A stretch of DNA of 64,000 bases, from NCBI GenBank assembly GCA_036387195.1, contig DASVUF010000006.1, positions 294-64,293 of the forward strand. Reading direction: 5' to 3'. The stretch comes from Pyrinomonadaceae bacterium (GTDB lineage: Bacteria; Acidobacteriota; Blastocatellia; Pyrinomonadales; Pyrinomonadaceae). This document shows, piece by piece, positions 60,867 through 64,000 of this stretch; position 1 is the stretch's first letter, and every line of letters starts with the position of its first letter. Both the position numbers and the translations under genes were made by a program. The notes below the pieces were generated by a model, which was given only the letters and a program-made list of their open reading frames with translations, did not search any database and had not been told where the DNA came from.

Positions 60867-63368
60867 ATGGGCTGGACGCCGGAGCTAACCAGAATCAGGG
60901 ACATCCTCGCCAGACTCTACCCTCACAAGGAAGAGCTGCCCAGGCTCGTCGAGGACGCCGGCATGGCGCTGGAGTTGGTCGAACTCGACGGCACGGCGAG
61001 CGCCGCCTGGCACGACATCATAAAAAAGGCGGTCGCGGGCGGCCGGCTCGACGCCCTGGTCGGCGAGTGCGTCAAGTCCGCCGCCGACGCCGAGCTGCGG
61101 GGGGCCTATCAGGACTACCTCGCCGCCGCGCGCCGCCCCGGAGCCGCGCCCGCCGCCGCCCTCCACGCCCCGCCGCCCCTCCAGCCCCCCACGCTCATCG
61201 GCCGCGACGCCGAGGTGCAGACCTTAAAGGAACTCCTGCGCGAGCCCGAGACGCGCCTGCTGACGCTGACCGGGCCCAGCGGCGTGGGCAAGACGGCGCT
61301 GGCCAAGCGCCTGGCGGTAGACCTCGCCAAAGAGTTCGCGGACGGCGTGACCTTCGTCGAGCTGGGCGCGCTCCGCAACCACGAGGCCGCGCCGGGCGAG
61401 GTCGCCGGCGTGATGTGGGACTACAAGCAGACCGTAGACATCCCCCTAATAAGTTTCCTGCAGGACAAGCGGCGGCTGATAGTCCTTGACGGCTTCGAGG
61501 CCGTCATCAAGGCCACGCCGTTCGTTAAGACCCTGCTCGGGAATTGCCCCGGCGTAAAAATCATCATCACCAGCCAGCAGCCCCTCGCCTGTGAGGACGA
61601 AGAACTCTCCCTGCTGGAGAAAAGATACATCGTCACGCCGCTCTCGTACCCCGGCGCGGGCGGCCAGTCGCCCGAGGTCACGGCGGCCGAGTCGGCGGCC
61701 GTCAAGCTCTTCGTCGCCCACGCGGAGGCGATAAAAGGCAAAGGCAAACTCGACCTCGGCCCCGCGAACATGGAGGCCATCGTGGCCATCTGCAGCGAGG
61801 TCAACGGGCTCCCGCTCTGCATACAGATACTGGCCAGCTTCATCAGCATCTTTAACGACCCGCCGGCCTTGCTGGAGTTTCTGAGGCGGGAGGGCTTCGC
61901 GCAGCTCGACGAGGAGCAGCACCTCTCGAAGGCCATAGACATCAGGCACGCCAGCCTCAAGCCGGACGACCAAATCCTCTTCAGGCGGCTGGCGGTGTTC
62001 GCCGACTGGTGTTCGTTGCAGGCCATCAGGGAAGTGTGCGCGTCGGCCGGCGGAAAGACCGTCCCGGTCGTGACCACCCTGAGACGGCTGGTTGACGGGA
62101 GCTTTGTGCAGTCGGAAGGCGGGCGGTACAGGATGCTTCAGGTCATCCGCGAGAGCGCGCGCGAGCACCTGAAGTCGAGCGGCGAGGCCGACGACCTCCG
62201 GATGAGATTCGTGGAGCACTACCTGGCAGTCGCCAGGGAGGCGGAGCCGAAACTTAAGACGCCTGAACGCGCCGCGCAGCTACAGGAACTCCAGCGGGAC
62301 TACGGAAACTTCCGGGCCGTGTTCGACTGGAGCGCCACCCCGAAGGGGAGCCCGGAGGCGGGGCTGTCGCTGGCCGGCTCGCTCTTCTGGTACTGGAACT
62401 TCATGGGCTACCTCCGCGAGGGGCAGCGGCGCGTGCAGAAGGCCGTGCGCCTGGCCGCCCCGCAAGCGCCCTCTGCGCCGCTGGCGAAGGCGCTGTACTG
62501 TGACGGCGGCCTGACGTTCCTCCTCGGCGACTACAGGGAGGCGCAGAGGCAGCTCGACAAGAGCGCCGAGGCGTGGAACGCCGTCGGCGACGAGGCCGGC
62601 CTCGCCTACGCGCTGATAGTGCTCGGCATGGTCAGGAAGGAGATAGGCGAAGACCTCGACTCGGCGCGCGAGCACGAGGAGAAGAGCGTACGACTGCTGG
62701 CGGGGCGCGACGAGTGGGGGCACGCGCTCGCGCTCAACGACCTCGGGAACGTGCTGGCGGCGCAGGGGCTTCACGGCGAGGCGCGGCGAAGTTACGAAGA
62801 GAGCAAAGCGATGTGGGGGCGGCTGAAGGACACCTGGGGACTGTCGCTGACCCTGAGCAACCTCAGTTCGCTGGAGTGCAAGGAGCAGAACTACGGCGTG
62901 GCCTACGACCTGATGCGGGACGCGCTCAAACTCCAGCTCGAGGCGGGCGATAAGTGGGGCCGGGCCTGGTCGCTCAAGGGAATCGGCGAGGCGAAACTGG
63001 GCATGAAGGACTACGCGGCCGCGGCCTCGCACTTCTACGAGAGTTACCGCCTGCACTCCGACCTGGGCCGAAAGCAGTTGATAGCGGAGTGCTTGGAGGG
63101 ACTGGCGAAGGTCGCCGCGGGGCTCGGTCAGGAGTCGCGGGCCGCGTCCCTGCACGGGGCGGCGGAAAGCCTCCGCGAGCAGTCGGGGAGCAGCATGTCC
63201 TCCGCAAAGGATAGGGAGTATGATGGCCTCGTGAATCGCCTGCGCCTCGACATGGGCATGAAGGCTTTCGAGAGGGCCCGGGCCGAAGGGCGCGCGTGGA
63301 CTGAGGAGCGGTTGCAGCAGCAGGTTCAGTCCTACGCCCTCGACCTTCAAGGCGGCGCAGGCCCCTGA
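60867..63368 (+). CDS. STAND NTPase: adaptor domain - NB-ARC-type P-loop NTPase - TPR/helical-repeat sensor
   Basis: 'LIGRDAEVQTLKELL', Walker A 'LTGPSGVGKTALAKRLA' (61272-61295), Walker B 'RLIVLDGFE' (61476-61499), 'IIITSQQPL', 'GLPLCIQILASFI'. The C-terminal ~370 aa are TPR-like repeats ('WYWNFMGYLREGQ', 'GDEAGLAYALIVLGMV', 'WGHALALNDLGNVL', 'TWGLSLTLSNLSSL', 'WGRAWSLKGIGEA'). With ATG 60867, 'LYP' falls at residues 17-19, exactly as in the preceding gene. GTG 60858 (GTGA overlap with that gene's stop) is the alternative. Confidence 0.85.
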   Translation: MGWTPELTRIRDILARLYPHKEELPRLVEDAGMALELVELDGTASAAWHDIIKKAVAGGRLDALVGECVKSAADAELRGAYQDYLAAARRPGAAPAAALHAPPPLQPPTLIGRDAEVQTLKELLREPETRLLTLTGPSGVGKTALAKRLAVDLAKEFADGVTFVELGALRNHEAAPGEVAGVMWDYKQTVDIPLISFLQDKRRLIVLDGFEAVIKATPFVKTLLGNCPGVKIIITSQQPLACEDEELSLLEKRYIVTPLSYPGAGGQSPEVTAAESAAVKLFVAHAEAIKGKGKLDLGPANMEAIVAICSEVNGLPLCIQILASFISIFNDPPALLEFLRREGFAQLDEEQHLSKAIDIRHASLKPDDQILFRRLAVFADWCSLQAIREVCASAGGKTVPVVTTLRRLVDGSFVQSEGGRYRMLQVIRESAREHLKSSGEADDLRMRFVEHYLAVAREAEPKLKTPERAAQLQELQRDYGNFRAVFDWSATPKGSPEAGLSLAGSLFWYWNFMGYLREGQRRVQKAVRLAAPQAPSAPLAKALYCDGGLTFLLGDYREAQRQLDKSAEAWNAVGDEAGLAYALIVLGMVRKEIGEDLDSAREHEEKSVRLLAGRDEWGHALALNDLGNVLAAQGLHGEARRSYEESKAMWGRLKDTWGLSLTLSNLSSLECKEQNYGVAYDLMRDALKLQLEAGDKWGRAWSLKGIGEAKLGMKDYAAAASHFYESYRLHSDLGRKQLIAECLEGLAKVAAGLGQESRAASLHGAAESLREQSGSSMSSAKDREYDGLVNRLRLDMGMKAFERARAEGRAWTEERLQQQVQSYALDLQGGAGP

Positions 63369-63442
63369 TAAGCCGCGGACAGGCTTCCGCCCCGCCCGCG
63401 GGGCCACGGCCGCGGCGGCAATCTCTTCGGTGTGAGGCGCAG

Positions 63443-64000
63443 ATGGAACATGAAGGGAGTTCGTCGAAGGATGAACCCGTCACGCTGGCGTCGGCCGCCG
63501 GCTCCCCCTTCCGCTTTACCGTCGGCGTCACGCCGGCCCGGGGCGCGGGCCCCCGCGCCCTCTCGTTCGAGGTCACGGGGCCGGAGCCCTCGGGCGGCTC
63601 TTTAAAGACGCGCCGCTACCACCTGCCCGACGCGGGGCACAACTCCTATCTGGACTTGTTCCTGAGCCTAGCGCGCGACTTCGGAGCGCGCGTCCCGCGT
63701 AACCGACGCCCGTCAGTCGAACCCTCCTTCAAGGCGAAGTACCGCGCGCTCCTGACCGAGAACCTGGCCCCGGGCGTCGTCTACGGCTACGGCGACCCGG
63801 GGGTGCTTCGCCTGGAGGCGGGGGCCGGCGGCGAGGAGGGCGTCTGGTATTACATCGTCGTCACCTCGAACGACGCCCCCGACTCGTTCCCCATCATCCG
63901 CTCGCGCGACCTCGCGAGTTGGGAGTTCGCGGGCTTCGTCTTCCCGAAGGGCCGGAAGCCGGCGTGGGCGGCGGACGGCGAACACGTCAGCGACTTCTGG
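63443..64000 (+). CDS. GH43-like glycoside hydrolase (five-bladed beta-propeller family), 3'-truncated by the window end
   Basis: Hand translation from ATG 63443 runs open to base 64000 (186 codons): '...GVVYGYGDPGVLRLEAG...GVWYYIVVTSNDAPDSFPIIRSRDLASWEFAGFVFP...DFW', the GH43-style 'GDP.v....g.yY...TS....' start. It is absent from the ORF track because it has no stop. Confidence 0.6.
   Translation, partial: MEHEGSSSKDEPVTLASAAGSPFRFTVGVTPARGAGPRALSFEVTGPEPSGGSLKTRRYHLPDAGHNSYLDLFLSLARDFGARVPRNRRPSVEPSFKAKYRALLTENLAPGVVYGYGDPGVLRLEAGAGGEEGVWYYIVVTSNDAPDSFPIIRSRDLASWEFAGFVFPKGRKPAWAADGEHVSDFW

Noticed and set aside
63713-63985. A 90-aa minus-strand ORF at the window end.
   Set aside because: It is antisense to the hand-translated GH43-like frame (63443-64000), which carries the 'GDPGVLR...WYYIVVTSND' signature.

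Overview
This is a 64-kb, very GC-rich bacterial chromosomal window. Single 60-nt lines I counted by hand gave about 72-80% GC in the NRPS genes and about 45-60% in two accessory patches. An ADOP-type duplicated orphan MacB/FtsX permease, a CarboxypepD_reg-type TonB receptor and a DUF4331+TPR pair suggest Acidobacteriota, but that is inference only. All family calls come from motif recognition by eye; no searches were run.

Content in order:
1. 5-21102: a hybrid NRPS/PKS assembly line, open at the 5' window edge. Its layout is degenerate A-PCP-KS-AT | ACP-aminotransferase-C | stand-alone TauD/SyrP-type hydroxylase | His-less C-like-A-PCP-E | C-A-PCP-C-A-PCP-TE.
2. 21167-25048: an MFS exporter and an orphan ADOP permease.
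3. 25104-31894: a LanB-like protein lacking an elimination domain, a NodU/CmcH carbamoyltransferase and an SGNH-like protein.
4. 32032-37064: a minus-strand five-gene operon (Zn-ribbon hypothetical, FkbM methyltransferase, Wzt-like ABC ATPase, CgeB-like glycosyltransferase, GNAT).
5. 37168-40598: a multi-PAS histidine kinase with a NarL/LuxR response regulator.
6. 41110-44470: DUF4331, a TPR lipoprotein and a small Zn-ribbon protein.
7. 44562-52355: a glycosylation cluster (DegT aminotransferase, GT2, TonB-dependent receptor, AsnB-like amidotransferase, GT4).
8. 52380-54668: a BON protein, a DUF4440 protein and a chloroperoxidase-type alpha/beta hydrolase.
9. About 54690-55355: a decayed IS6-family element.
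10. 55979-63368: the most interesting block, a four-gene candidate STAND-NTPase conflict/immunity island. It encodes a protease-EEP nuclease-EndoNS nuclease fusion, a 2-TM coiled-coil protein, an adaptor-domain protease, and an NB-ARC-TPR NTPase carrying the same adaptor domain.
11. 63443-64000: the 5' part of a GH43-like gene.

I saw no rRNA, tRNA or CRISPR array.
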